Shown: positions 13,043 to 25,361, numbered from the stretch's first letter. The stretch: 64,000 nt of DNA from Eledone cirrhosa (GCA_964016885.1 OZ024745.1:15562001-15626000), one strand, 5' to 3'. Numbers and translations: made by a program. The notes: generated from the letters alone by a model not told the origin.

Positions 13043-15739
13043 TTAATTGTAAGTTGTGATGTTGCTGTTCCACTCATATTTTCTATTTAATTTTGGTTGT
13101 AATTCTTTTATGTTTATTGCCTCTGTAATTTGTCTAAACATCGCGTCTTTTCTGTGTGTAGATTCTATTTTTATTTCTATGCTCTCTAATCTACCCCTAT
13201 GTTCTATCTTAGTATGTTGGTAGAGTACAGATGATTCTTTATTATCTTGAAGGTCTCGCCAGTGTTCATTTATCCGTTCCCCTACACTACGAGCTGTCTC
13301 ACCTATGTACACTATATTTTTGTCTCTACATTGTGCTTCAGTACATCTTATGCTATACACTACATTTCTAGTTTTACAGTTAATATGGGGGCTTATTTTA
13401 CAGGTTATACATTTCTTATCTATACATGAGGGTCTTTGAAAAGGGTATGTCTTGCTAATAAGTGTTTTTACGGAGGTACCTGGTCTTTCTACTATCTTAA
13501 TATTGAGTTTATGTTTATTTAGGGCCCTTCTAAATTTGTAAGCTAATTCACCTCTAGGGGTTGTATCGATGAACATTACACTCTGGTATTTATTGCTATC
13601 ATACCATGAGTTTATTCTATTGGCCTTGTTCCTAGTTCTTTCTATTCTATTCCAAAATTTGCTCCTATACAAGGGGCAGGTCCCATTTATGTCATTATTT
13701 ACCATTTTTTCCCATTTGGTTCTGGCTCCTCTATACACTCTGATTTTATCTCTCTGATTGTAACCAGAGAACTGCATACGGTGGATGAAGTGTTGTATGT
13801 GTCTCTCTAGTTCTTCGGGGTTGCACATGCGGGACACATTTCTCATCACCCGTACCAAATCCGCAATCAGTATGTTGATTTTGGTATGGTCCGAAATGGC
13901 CGAGTTTCGGTGGATCAGATGTTTGGAAGTCATGGGTTTGGCATAATGGGAATGGAGGATTTGTTTTTGGTTGTTAATGGTATCTAACCAGAGCTCTGTG
14001 TCTAGTACAGGTAATCGATGGTTGGGGTGTTTACTTGGGTAGTCTATAGTAACTCTAATGCTCTGGTGGATGGAGTTTGCTATTTGCTGGATGCTTTCCA
14101 TTGTGTTTTTCTCTAGTTCCTGACTGTTCTCAAGTGGGGGTGTCTTAACTACGATGTTTATATCATCTACGTAGCGGGAGTACATTATCAGGGTTAAGGG
14201 GTCTTCTAATTGTTCTTTAAGTTTAAGTTTAAGTCTACTGTCCCACCATACCATGAATAGGTTAGCTATGTCGCCTGCAATACTAACACCAATGGCTGCT
14301 CCTTCCTCTTGGGCATATGTTTTTCCATTAAATTTGAACATATGTTCCTTAAGGGTTAGTTTTATGCTGGCCCCTACCGCATGTGCAATCATTTTCTTCA
14401 GTTCATCGTGGTTTTCGGGTGTCCGTATGGCTCTGGTCCACCCGTTCCATCTATCTGTGTGGGTTTTCTTGGCCACTTAGGTAATGGTAGGTGGTCTGCC
14501 TCTTGCTGGTCTTGTAGGGCACAGGTTGCTAAGGTCATATGTGTCTAGGTAACTATTACTATAGGTAAGCTTAAGTAGGAGCCCCAGCTCACTGGTATCA
14601 ATCCCACGGAACTCAACTTTGCTCTCACTGATCATTTCTACGCATTTCTCCACAGCAAAATCCACGTCAATAGATAGATACAGGGACACAACATCCATAC
14701 TGCCTATTATGCAGTTTGTTGGGTCTCCAGATCGGTTACCCACGCCGATTCTGCTGAGGAGGTCCTCCGTGCTGTCACATACATCTGGGGACATTTCAAT
14801 GATGGGGCGTATGATCAGGGAGAGGAAGTAGGACAGTCTGTAGTTACTAGCAATGTTAGCTCCACAGACTGGCCGTGTTGGTGGTCCCGCGACAGGGTCA
14901 CAGCCCATTTTATGGTCTTTTCGAAGCCCATACAACGCCGGCACGTCATTGTTCCAGGCCTGGAAGTTGTTGGCAGTCCTTTTGTTGGGCTGCATTATAT
15001 TCGTCCACATCACCATATGGGCATTGAGGGCTTTTTCTCTATCCTCATGCTCCTGTGGTGTTACCTCTCTTGTGTTAGTGATGTGGGGTTGCATTGCCTG
15101 GATGTAGTTTGGCAGGCTGTCAACCGACATTCTGCCAGACTTGTCTGTTGGAAAGCATGCTATCTCTCCATTACGTGAGCGCTGCATGAGCTTACGCAAG
15201 CCATTTGCAGATTTTTCTCCCAGTTGCTGGGCCTCCATTCTATTATGCTTCTTGCTATACTGTTCTATAATATTTCTAAGTTCGGATCTAGCTATACTAA
15301 ATTGTGCTTCTGTTTGCTCATCGATCTGCGACGGCAATTGCGTGCGTTTGTTAAATGGTAAAGTCGTGGCGTGGATTCGTCGCAGGTCGAATGATTTATT
15401 GGAGGGATTATAAAACGTAGAGTTCCAGGCTGCTGCTTTATGTGTACTAGTGCTATTGTTATTGTTAGTTGTGTTGTTTCTATTTCTATTTCCACCAACA
15501 GCCTCATGGTTGTTTCTATGTCTCTCATAATTACTCCTGTCTCTTTCCACTGGCTCATTGTTGTTATCTACCCTATTTTGTTTATCTGTGTGTTCGTCTT
15601 GGTTATTCTCTTTGTCCTTAGTCTCCCTTCTCCTTTTAATCCTATTACTTTCCCTTATTTCTGTGATTTCTGTGCTACTGTCATTACTTGTTTTCTGTGT
15701 CTGTGTGTTTGTTAAGATTGTGGTGGTGGTGAGAGGCAT
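13043..15739 (-). pseudogene. PLE reverse transcriptase plus C-terminal GIY-YIG endonuclease, disrupted
   Basis: PTDKSG, GLRKDHK, PTRPVC, SMDVVSLY, QEEGAAIG, RYVDD, LPVLD, then CxxxxCxxC and VVY...YIGET. In-frame TAA at 14477-14479; probable frameshift near 15712-15739 to the upstream Thr-rich frame. Confidence 0.93.
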
Positions 15740-16275
15740 TGAATGCGTGTGTGTTGTTGTTGTTGATGTGTGCTGTTGTTGATGTGTGTTGTTGTTGTCT
15801 CCGTGTGTGTTATTGTTGTTGTGTGTGTTGTTTGTGTCTGCGTGTCTGTTGTTGTTGTTTCTGGGTATGTTGTTGTTGTTGTTGTTGATGATGATGTGTG
15901 TGTTGTTGTTATTGTTGTTTGTGTCTGTGTGTCTGTTGTTGTTGGGATGTGTGTTGTATATGTGTGTGCGTATATTGTTGCTTTTGTTTTTGTTTTTGTT
16001 TTTGAGGCTCCAGCGTAGTTTTGTAAATTAAATAGAAAATAGGAGTGGAACAGCAACATCACAACTTACAATTAAGGACAAAATGAAAACACACACACAC
16101 ATAGAACAAACAACCAACCAGTAACATGTAAATAAACAAATAAATAAATGAACATAAACACACACAGACACCCGGATGTGGCGCATGCGCAGACTGAGCA
16201 CACAACACACACACAGAAACAAAATGGCGTAGGACAGAACAAAGGAAAGGCACAGAAATAAAGAAAGGAATCCCC

Positions 16276-16320
16276 AGTCACTGAAGAGGTCACAGAGTGT
16301 GTGACGAAAGAACTATGACT
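16276..16320 (+). ncRNA. Minimal hammerhead ribozyme (family A, inverted pLTR)
   Basis: Same motif as 3081-3125. Confidence 0.8.
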
Positions 16321-16639
16321 ATATATAAACAACTATCTGGTTGTGGAACCAACCAACCAACCAGAAATTTATAAATTTATAAATTTATAAATATATAATA
16401 AATTGAAGTGAAAGCAACTGGTGCGTGTGTTTCTTATTGGCAACATGACCCTCCCAAAGTATAACAATATCGGTTTCAACACACGATTTCAGATAAAGAA
16501 TCTTGCTAAACAAATTCAGAAACGAAATATATATATGTATATACACTCAATTGTCAATATTGAGATCTGCCTCCCTTGTAGACTATCAAGATCACTAGAA
16601 ATAGATTTATATACGTCCCCTCAATCATTATATTACTTC

Positions 16640-16790
16640 TCTTATTTTTCATTTATTTTCTGATGAAGGGCTAACGTCCGAAATTTTAAGAACCTTTTCC
16701 AACTATATCAAGTGTAATATATATCTAATATATATCTTCATTGTACTGTATCGTTTTCCTGTGTTTTTTATCCGTTTATTTTTTCGCAGG
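16640..16790 (+). mobile_element. Family D fragment (diverged)
   Basis: ctgatgaagggctaacgtccgaaa core; downstream similarity to 12480-12566. Confidence 0.65.
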
Positions 16791-16852
16791 CATATATATT
16801 TACATACATACAAACATAACTGCATAGCAAAATATCAACTTGCTTTGGTGAA

Positions 16853-16941
16853 AATTCATAGGTACGTTGCAAGAAATTGAATGACATATATATATATATA
16901 TATATATGTCATTCAATTTCTTGCAACGTACCTATGAATTT
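16853..16941. repeat. Perfect inverted repeat centred on a (TA)n tract
   Basis: aattcataggtacgttgcaagaaattgaatgaca-(TA)n-tgtcattcaatttcttgcaacgtacctatgaatt. Confidence 0.9.
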
Positions 16942-16945
16942 GTAT

Positions 16946-16982
<37 letters not shown>

Positions 16983-17148
16983 TATACAAAGAAATACACA
17001 GACACATGCGAATACATACATATACATGCATATACCCATATATATCCCTGAATTTGTGTGGTGCCAACCTTAACCGTTGTTGCTCTATGAATAATAGGGA
17101 CAAAATAATCTGAATGGATTAGATTGATTCAATATCAGAGCTATATAA

Positions 17149-17281
17149 TACATTATAAAGAAAGAAGAAACATTAGATATAAATAAAAAGATATAATATA
17201 CCTAAATTCCTTCATTATGAAGGAATTTAGGTATATTATATCTTTTTATTTATATTTAATGTTTCTTCTTTCTTTATAATG

Positions 17282-17283
<2 letters not shown>
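17149..17283. repeat. Near-perfect palindrome (~66-bp arms) abutting (TA)n
   Basis: Centre ...aaattccttcat-t-atgaaggaattt... at ~17216; about one mismatch. Confidence 0.9.
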
Positions 17284-17364
<81 letters not shown>

Positions 17365-17470
17365 TTTACATATATTTATACATATATATACATATACGTG
17401 TTTTGCAACTGGTCACTGGGAGAGGAAATGGTATATATTTTATCTTGTGATTCTATAGACATGTTTTATG

Positions 17471-17544
<74 letters not shown>

Positions 17545-17589
17545 TATATATATAATATAAGATCAAAAGATGGTTAAAAGAGTTCCATG

Positions 17590-17660
17590 TATTTTATTAT
17601 GCGCATTTCAAAAACAAATATCATCATGGGATGATATTTGCGTTCTCATCAGATAAAATA
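17590..17660 (-). ncRNA. Type I hammerhead ribozyme (family E)
   Basis: UAUUUUAU-CUGAUGA-GAAC-GCAAAUAUCAUC-CCAU-GAUGAUAUUUGU-UUUU-GAAA-UGCGCA-UA-AUAAAAUA: 8-bp stem I, long stem II, palindromic stem III. Confidence 0.85.
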
Positions 17661-18468
17661 GGGAGACATGAAATGAAGCTTAAAAAACACTTGCGAGCAG
17701 TGAAGTGTTAAATCTACATATGAAAGATAAAATAAGATGGATATATGCGAGAGAGAGAGAGATAGCCTTTAATACTGAGAAACACTGTCTCACAGAGAGA
17801 AATTTAAAAAACCGTTGTAAGATAATACATAATTTTTAAAAATTTTGAAATTAAAAGTTAATGAGGTTTATGAATGGTGATGTTTATGATTAAAGAAAAA
17901 GGAATTAAGAGTAGTATTTATTTAAGGTTTATATATTGAAGGGTTTAATAATATGTGCGAAAAAGAATTTATTAATATGTATTATTAAAATTAAAATATT
18001 AAGGAGATAGTTGAATGAAGAAGAGATTAAATGAATTCTGAACTAAGAGGAATTAGTTAGGGTCTAAGTTTGTTTCTATTTATTGTAATATGAAAAAGTA
18101 AATAATAGGTTTAATACGAGCACGGAAGGAGAGAAGAAAGAGGAAAATTTAAGGCAGAAAAAATATATAACGTCTAAAAAAATATATGTTTACAAAATTT
18201 ACTAGTGATAATATTAGTATATATTAAAAATATAGTTTGGTTGTATGGCCAAGGATATAAGGAAAATGCTATAGTGAGTTAAGAAGTAATTGAAAAGTAA
18301 AAGTTACAGATTAAAGATTAGAAATTAAAAAAGAAAAAAGGAAAAAAGGATAAAAAAGAAGAAAAATAGGGGACCGCTAACGACATAGAATGAGTAAATT
18401 GTATAATATAATATACTGAAATAATACATACATACATACATACATACATACATACATACATACATACA

Positions 18469-18504
<36 letters not shown>

Positions 18505-18548
18505 TATATATATTTCGTTTCTGAATTTATATATATGTATGTATGTAT

Positions 18549-18770
18549 GTAAAAGGTAAACAAAAATAACAACACAATCGGTACAGTATATGGAAGGGAT
18601 ATATTAGGTTAACGCTTGATATAGCGGGAAGAGGTTCCTAACGTTTCGGACGCTAGTCCTTCGTCAGAAGAAAGAATGAGAAATAAGATAGATTGAGGGG
18701 ACGGGCGGGTTGGAATTGGAAAAAATGTCTTTTGATAAAAATAGCAGGTCCATTCATGTTGACATCTCTT
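18549..18770 (-). mobile_element. Family D fragment with hammerhead (18635-18672)
   Basis: UUCUU-CUGACGA-A-GGAC-UAGC-GUCC-GAAA-CG-UU-AGGAA on the minus strand. Confidence 0.8.
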
Positions 18771-18819
18771 ATATATATATATTATATATTATATAATATA
18801 TATATACATACATATATAC

Positions 18820-19345
18820 TCCCTTGTATGAACGAAGGATATGTCGCCGGAGTTGTAGGGTGATGGGGTGGTAGGTGAGAGGGAAAGCAACACGGGTGTT
18901 GAGAGGGCGAGGGTGTGGGTGAGAGGGCTGTGGTGCGGTCTGTTTCACGCAGCTTGGATCAAGGTGGGGGGATATCCACGCTGGATGAAGCAGGAAGCCA
19001 TGCGAAGGGAATGGGTTTCGAAATCGTCGTCCTGGCTACAGAGCCAACGAAGACAGAGGAATTGGGAATAGGGTATGGAGTGTTTGGTGTGGGTTGGATG
19101 GGAGGAGGTGAAGTCGAGGTAAGATTGGGAGTCTGTTGGTTTAATGAAGATGGAAGTAGAGAGGGTGTGGTGAGAGTGATTAATAGATAGAGAGATATCT
19201 AGAAAAGCGACAGAAGAATCGGAGACGAAGGCGGTGAAATTGAGAGCAGGATGGAAAGATTGGACAAAAGAAAGAAAACAGTCGAGCTGTTCTCGTGATA
19301 GAGAGATGGCGCCGATACAGTCGTCGAGATAACGACAGGCAAAAG
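18820..19345 (-). pseudogene. Internal fragment of a second PLE reverse transcriptase (palm end and thumb)
   Basis: RYLDDC...FHPALNFT...VAFLDI...KPTDSQSYLDFTSSHP...SIPYSQFLCLR...RGYP. Confidence 0.88.
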
Positions 19346-20314
19346 GATTAATGAAAGAGTTACAAGCCATTAAAACATATCTTTCTAATACTGTAACCTT
19401 TTATTATATATATAGAGAGAGAGCGAGGGGGGGGGGGTGATATCTGCTGTAGTGGTATGGATGGTTTAAGAATATGTTACAAAATGCGATTGTGATCCGC
19501 CTTTTTAAAGTACTTTAGTTTCTATACGATAAGGAAAAACAAAAACTTTAAACAATTTCTCAAAGAAATAAAGAATATAAGGAGACTTTTAGACTAAACA
19601 GTTGGCGGAAAATGAAGATAACTTTCAAACTATATATGTGATAAAATGTGTGCATTGAGAAAATAGGTGTCACTTTCTATGTAACCAGCTTGATAAACGT
19701 AACCAAGAATTTCAACTTACAGAGTTGAAGTGTTGAATAGAAGGAGGTACCGTAACATCTTGTTATATTTAATCGTTCTAGTAGAATATTGTAAATATCT
19801 CATTCAATTACTAACAACATTTACATATAGAATACACATCTTTCTATATGAATGCCGCTCACAATATTCTAATACCTACATACCAAACGCAAGTACAAGT
19901 ATATTCTAGCATATTTTAGTTTTTACCTATATTTTTTAGCTAAAACCTAAAGCTGACGTTCCACTGAAGCGAATGCTCATAATAGTGAGAGATTGGAATA
20001 GCGGGTTGGATGGAGGCAGTGACAGTGAGAGTTTGGTTCCTTTGTGTTCGGAACCGGTGTATATGTATATATTTCACGGAGACACACAATGAATCAGTGT
20101 AGTTATTTATGTTCTAATTTTTCCCTCGACTGAAACACTTCACTACTGAAATGGAATATAACTCTTGTTGTTGGGGGCTGCTGCGGTTGCACTTTACCCA
20201 CCTCATCAGACGAGGATCTGGTGATGAGAGCCGGTTTGGTTGCTGACTACTCGATCACGAAGCTGGCTGCATGGGTTACATGGTACCAGTCGCAGGCAGA
20301 AGCCTGACCTGACC

Positions 20315-20391
<77 letters not shown>

Positions 20392-20403
20392 TATATATAT
20401 ACA

Positions 20404-20477
<74 letters not shown>

Positions 20478-20496
20478 TATATATATATATATATAG

Positions 20497-20527
<31 letters not shown>

Positions 20528-20552
20528 TATATATATATATATATATATACAG

Positions 20553-20584
<32 letters not shown>

Positions 20585-20745
20585 GAGAAGAAAGAAGAAT
20601 ACTGTGTGGTTGCACATGGGTTACATATGATAAAAATAGTCCCTCGTCAGTGATTTGCCAACCATCATTGATATTTCATCGCATTAAAAACCATATACAT
20701 CAGGTTGGTGCGAGCAATATATATATATATATATATATATATACA

Positions 20746-20782
<37 letters not shown>

Positions 20783-20787
<5 letters not shown>

Positions 20788-20947
20788 GTAATCTGAGTTT
20801 TTCGAATATTAATAATAACATTCGATTCGTTTGCAATTATGCAAACAAGCCTCAATTTTATAGCCAAACGAATCGAATGTTATTATTAATATTCGAAAAA
20901 CTCAGATTACATTTATTGTATTCAGCCATGTAGAGCGAAAATTCTTA
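20783..20947. repeat. Small foldback (~50-bp arms) with right tail, between (TA)n tracts
   Basis: 20783-20833 pairs with 20865-20915. Confidence 0.85.
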
Positions 20948-20959
20948 TATATATATATC

Positions 20960-22434
20960 CTAAACGGACGGTAGTCCGTTTAGTAATATTGTTGTGGTCG
21001 TGTTTTCGTTGGCAATCGTCTGTTTACGACAGTACAGCGCGGCTCTACTTTATTTAACTGAGATAAAACTTATATGAGCATGAACAGTAGATCATTACGC
21101 ATCTTTTGGCTTAAAAATCTAGAAATTTGGTCCAGCGGGAAAAAGTTTATAATCAAAGTTTGCTGATAAATCTTGTGTTCAAGTGAGTGAGTAGTAAGCG
21201 TGACGCTAGGGGAGGTAATCCAGAAATGACGTAGCTTTGTCATTAAGCCAGTTGCCTCAACTAGATTGCAATTATACTCAAAAGAACTTTAAAATGTCAA
21301 TCACTTGTCAGTAATTCACTATGATCATTTAATTATTAGATAGTTGTTGCTTGCATTGCCTTAAAAAATAGTAGATCAGATAGAAAAATGCGTACAGCAA
21401 AAAAAAGTAATATTTGTTGGAATATAAACCTTTAAAAATACAGGACAAGAAACTAAAATAAAACTTTAAAAGAATAGGACAAGAAACTAAGATAAAACTT
21501 TAAAGAATTGGACAAGAAATAAAAAATTTTACAATAATATTAGTGGCAAAATTTTTTTGTTCGTTTCCTGTGCTATGCCCTAGTATCTTCTTGATTAGTG
21601 CATAATAATTGTCATGCTCTCATTGTGCGTTGCCCCTGAGCGGTTGGTTATGGTTGGGGTTGGTTGGCTGAGCAGTTCTGCTCCGTCAGAATGACCATTG
21701 CAAGAAGAATTGGCCGATGCAGCTTCAGATCTCCTCCAAGAATGCACTTCTGGTCCCGCAACACCAGACGAAGATGGAGAAGACGACCGGGACAAGATGA
21801 CGACTCTGGCCACCGACTACGGCACCTCCCTCAACCACCGGTCCTCCCTCCCTCTGTCCCGTCATCCCTCCAGTCCTCCTGCTCCCCCTTCCTGTACCAG
21901 AAAGCTGTGGCACGCATTCATCTGGACTGCCGGACTTGAACTCAAGGACAAGATGCAAGAAGAAGATGGACGGGTTGGTCAAGATCAAGGATGAGCGGGA
22001 CGACAAGACCGTCCGCTGCTGCTCAAGATCTGTGCTCATGGGCCCATGGGTCCATTCACATTATGCATGACACATGAGGCGTGTCGCCGAATGATGAAAT
22101 ATGGGTATGGTTATGGCCCAATTGGTGTTCAAACCAGGATCAAATGATCCCCCCGGTCTGATGACGACCTCTGAATGTGGAACCCAGAGCCTATGAATGT
22201 GGAACTCGATTTTTTACCAATAAAAATTTTGCCACTAATATTATTGTAAAATTTTTTATTTCTTGTCCAATTCTTTAAAGTTTTATCTTAGTTTCTTGTC
22301 CTATTCTTTTAAAGTTTTATCTTAGTTTCTGTCCTATTCTTTTAAAGTTTTATTTTAGTTTCTTGTCCTGTATTTTTAAAGGTTTATATTCCAACAATAT
22401 TACTTTTTTTTTGCTGTACGCATTTTTCTATCTG
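20960..22434. mobile_element. Unclassified element: ~180-210 bp inverted repeats with internal ~30-bp tandem units around a GC-richer core
   Basis: 21377-21556 pairs with 22222-22434 (one extra subrepeat on the right). The left extension ends in hairpin CTAAACGGAC-GGTA-GTCCGTTTAG (20960-20983) next to (TA)n. Confidence 0.65.
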
Positions 22435-22514
22435 GTATATATATGTATATATATATATATATATAAAATAAAGTTAAATAAAAGTCAAATGATTAAAATT
22501 TAGCTTCGTTTATT

Positions 22515-22569
22515 ACTGCTATATATATTTCAGTGACAGCCATCTTTGGCTGTGACCTCTTCAGGCAGT
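22515..22569 (-). ncRNA. Type I hammerhead ribozyme (family F)
   Basis: Reverse complement of 25165-25219. Confidence 0.85.
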
Positions 22570-23572
22570 TTGAATTAGTATGGTATAGACAAGTACATAT
22601 GTTGTTTAGGTGTATGATATTGTCAATACTCTGATATGCCCAGTTCCTTGTTGGGTTGTTATTTCACTGAGGAACTGGAGTCATATGAATTCAAACAAAC
22701 GAATTTCAGTGTCAAAGGTCCTCTTCTCCTCTCATTGGTCAGTTATTAGAACATTCCTCATTCTAAGTGTTGTTATTGTTGGAGTTAGCTTAAAAATTGA
22801 TAAAATGGTAGAAGGGACAAGGTGTTAAAGGAACAAAATAACAAAAAAGTGTCAAACTTCCCATTGGTCAGTTCTGAGAGCATTCCTCAATCAGAAGTCT
22901 ATAGAATTCTTTCTGGGGTGAGCTCCCTGTAGTGCTTTTGCCTGCTATTGTTCAGTACATTTGACCTCTACCATTATTTTGGTAGTGTTGTTGGTGTTGT
23001 GGTCAGCTTATATCTTGCTGCTGCTAACAATTTAGAAGTATCCAGTTTGTGTTTTTTCTTCATCCCTCCCGTCACCATCATAGTGGTGGTGGGGGGGGGG
23101 GGGGTACCTCCATGTATATGAAGAAATATAAGGCAATAAATGAAGAAAACAGAAAATAAATAAATAATATAATAAAATAATTAATATAATTTGTATAATT
23201 TGAAAATAAATAAATAAATAGAGAATAAAGAATAAAGAATAAATGAAAAATTGGTGAAAAAGTAATGAAAATGAATATGGAGAAGTGAGAAATAGTGTAG
23301 GATAAAGTGTGTGTGTGTGTGCTATAACCAATCTCAAGGTCAGAATATGTTGGATAGATTGGTATGAGACAAGATGTTAAGATGAGATATTCAAACTAAA
23401 TGTGTTTGTGTTATAATCAATCTCAACTTAAAAATAAATAAGGTGATACAGTGAAGAGGGCAGAAAACAAATAACAAATTAATAAAGAGACATCAAGATT
23501 TAAGATTGGAACTTGAAAATCAGAAATCTAGTAAATTAAAAGTTTGGTTTGACGGGAGTTATGAGGGCAGGT

Positions 23573-23948
23573 AATGAATGCCTCAAGAAGAACCTAGTGT
23601 ACGTTTGTAGGGTTAAAACCCCCAACTCCGAACACCTCTATATATGAGCCACATCAACGAGCTTTAAGACCGCTGGTACAACCATCGCCATTCATTCAAG
23701 AAGGAGGCCAAAAGGAAAAGCACCTGATCTGGAAGCTTAAGCTGGACAGGACCCCATACTCTCTGGCCTGGTACATAATCAGGAAAGTACCACCCGATAA
23801 AGGAGGATCTTGCATATGCAAACTATGCCTGAACGAGACCCTCGAGCTACTAAGAGGTGGAAGCGGCCTGATAAACCTCAGAACCGACTTCTTCGGGACA
23901 TGCAGACACCTTAGAGCCGGGACCTTTCTCAAGATATATGGACAGTAG
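23573..23948 (+). pseudogene. Decayed PLE GIY-YIG endonuclease, absent from the ORF track
   Basis: Manual translation: ECLKKNLVYVCRVKTPNSEHLYI*ATSTSFK(fs)RWYNHRHSF...LIWKLK...CKLCLNE...LINLRTDFFGTCRH; same layout as 57200-57610. Confidence 0.85.
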
Positions 23949-25164
23949 CAACACAAGAAGATGTGAACTCCCCTCAAGCTATAGGGACTTCTACAGAACA
24001 TGAAAACACCTCTCGGCCAGACCTCCCTGAAGCTATATGGGCAATAACAACACCCTAGGTTGTGAACTCCCCTCAAGCCATAGGGAACAACCCAGGCTGA
24101 GCAGACACCATGATAGCCTGGAGATAGAATCGGGTACAGCCATTATAATTTGGCCAACATCTATAACACAAACACTTTTAATTTACTAGATTTCTGATTT
24201 TCAAGTTCCAATCTTAAATCTTGATTTCTCTTTATTAATTTGTTATTTGTTTTCTGCCCTCTTCGCTGTATCACCTTATATTTATTTTTAAGTTGAGATT
24301 GATTATAACACAAACACATTTAGTTTGAATATCTCATCTTAACATCTTGTCTCATACCAATCTATCCAACATATTCTGACCTTGAGATTGGTTATAGCAC
24401 ACACACACACTTTATCCTACATTATTTCTCACTTCTCCATATTCATTTTCATTACTTTTTCACCAATTTTTCATTTATTCTTTATTCTTTATTTTTTATT
24501 CTCTATTTATTTATTTATTTTCAAATTATACAAATTATATTAATTATTTTATTATATTATTTATTTATTTTCTGTTTTCTTCATTTATTGCCTTATATTT
24601 CTTCATTTACATGGAGGAACCCCCCCCCCCCACCACCACCACCACCACTATGATGGTGGCGGGAGGGATGAAGAAAAAACACAAACTGGATACTTCTAAA
24701 TTGTTAGCAGCAGCAAGATATAAGCTGACCACAACACCAACAACACTACCAAAATGATGGTAGAGGTCAAATGTACTGAACAATAGCAGGCAAAAACACT
24801 ACAGGGAGCCTCACCCCCCAAAAAAATTCTATAGACTTCTGACTGAGGAATGCTCTCAGAACTGACCAATGGGAAGTTTGACACTTTTTTTTTTATTTTG
24901 TTCCTTTAAAACCTTGTCCCTTCTACCATTTTATCAATTTTTAAGCTAACTCCAACAATAACAACACTTAGAATGAGGAATGTTCTAATAACTGACCAAT
25001 GAGAGGAGAAGAGGACCTTTGACACTGAAATTCGTTTGTTTGAATTCATATGACTCCAGTTCCTCAGTGAAATAACAACCCAACAAGGAACTGGGCATAT
25101 CAGAGTATTGACAATATCATACACCTAAACAACATATGTACTTGTCTATACCATACTAATTCAA

Positions 25165-25219
25165 ACTGCCTGAAGAGGTCACAGCCAAAGATGGCTGTCA
25201 CTGAAATATATATAGCAGT
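25165..25219 (+). ncRNA. Type I hammerhead ribozyme (family F)
   Basis: ACUGC-CUGAAGA-GGUCACAGCC-AAAGAU-GGCUGUCACU-GAAA-UAUAUA-UA-GCAGU. Confidence 0.85.
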
Positions 25220-25361
25220 AATAAACGAAGCTAAATTTTAATCATTTGACTTTTATTTAACTTTATTTTACACTACTCCGGAGTAACCAAACCAACCTGC
25301 GCACTTCGTCGAGTGCTCCAGCCTGCATACTGAGGTGTTGGTATACAACCAACATAAACTT

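Larger units (their letters stand above)
12655..16527 (-). mobile_element. Penelope-like retroelement family A, near full length, with inverted pseudo-LTR
   Basis: Minus-strand RT+GIY-YIG coding region (~16024 to 13043) and 3' UTR to 12655; inverted copy of the 3' ~500 nt at 16025-16527; flanked by (TA)n. Confidence 0.96.
22464..25355. mobile_element. Penelope-like element family F, foldback insertion with ~1.08-kb arms
   Basis: 22464-23543 pairs with 24174-25270. The spacer holds a decayed GIY-YIG ORF, each arm holds a hammerhead, and the right arm has an ~85-nt tail before (TA)n. Confidence 0.92.

Noticed and set aside
14477-14479. Selenocysteine or programmed read-through joining the two PLE ORFs
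   Set aside because: The stop is UAA, not UGA, and the copy has other probable lesions (frame change near 15720). A consensus of other copies would settle it.
22610-22828. Duplicated 72-aa ORF (also 24906-25124)
   Set aside because: Antisense to the family F 3' UTR; duplicated only because it lies in the inverted arms.
23645-23647. In-frame UGA in the family F endonuclease as selenocysteine
   Set aside because: It replaces the Gly of YIG and is followed by a frameshift, indicating decay.
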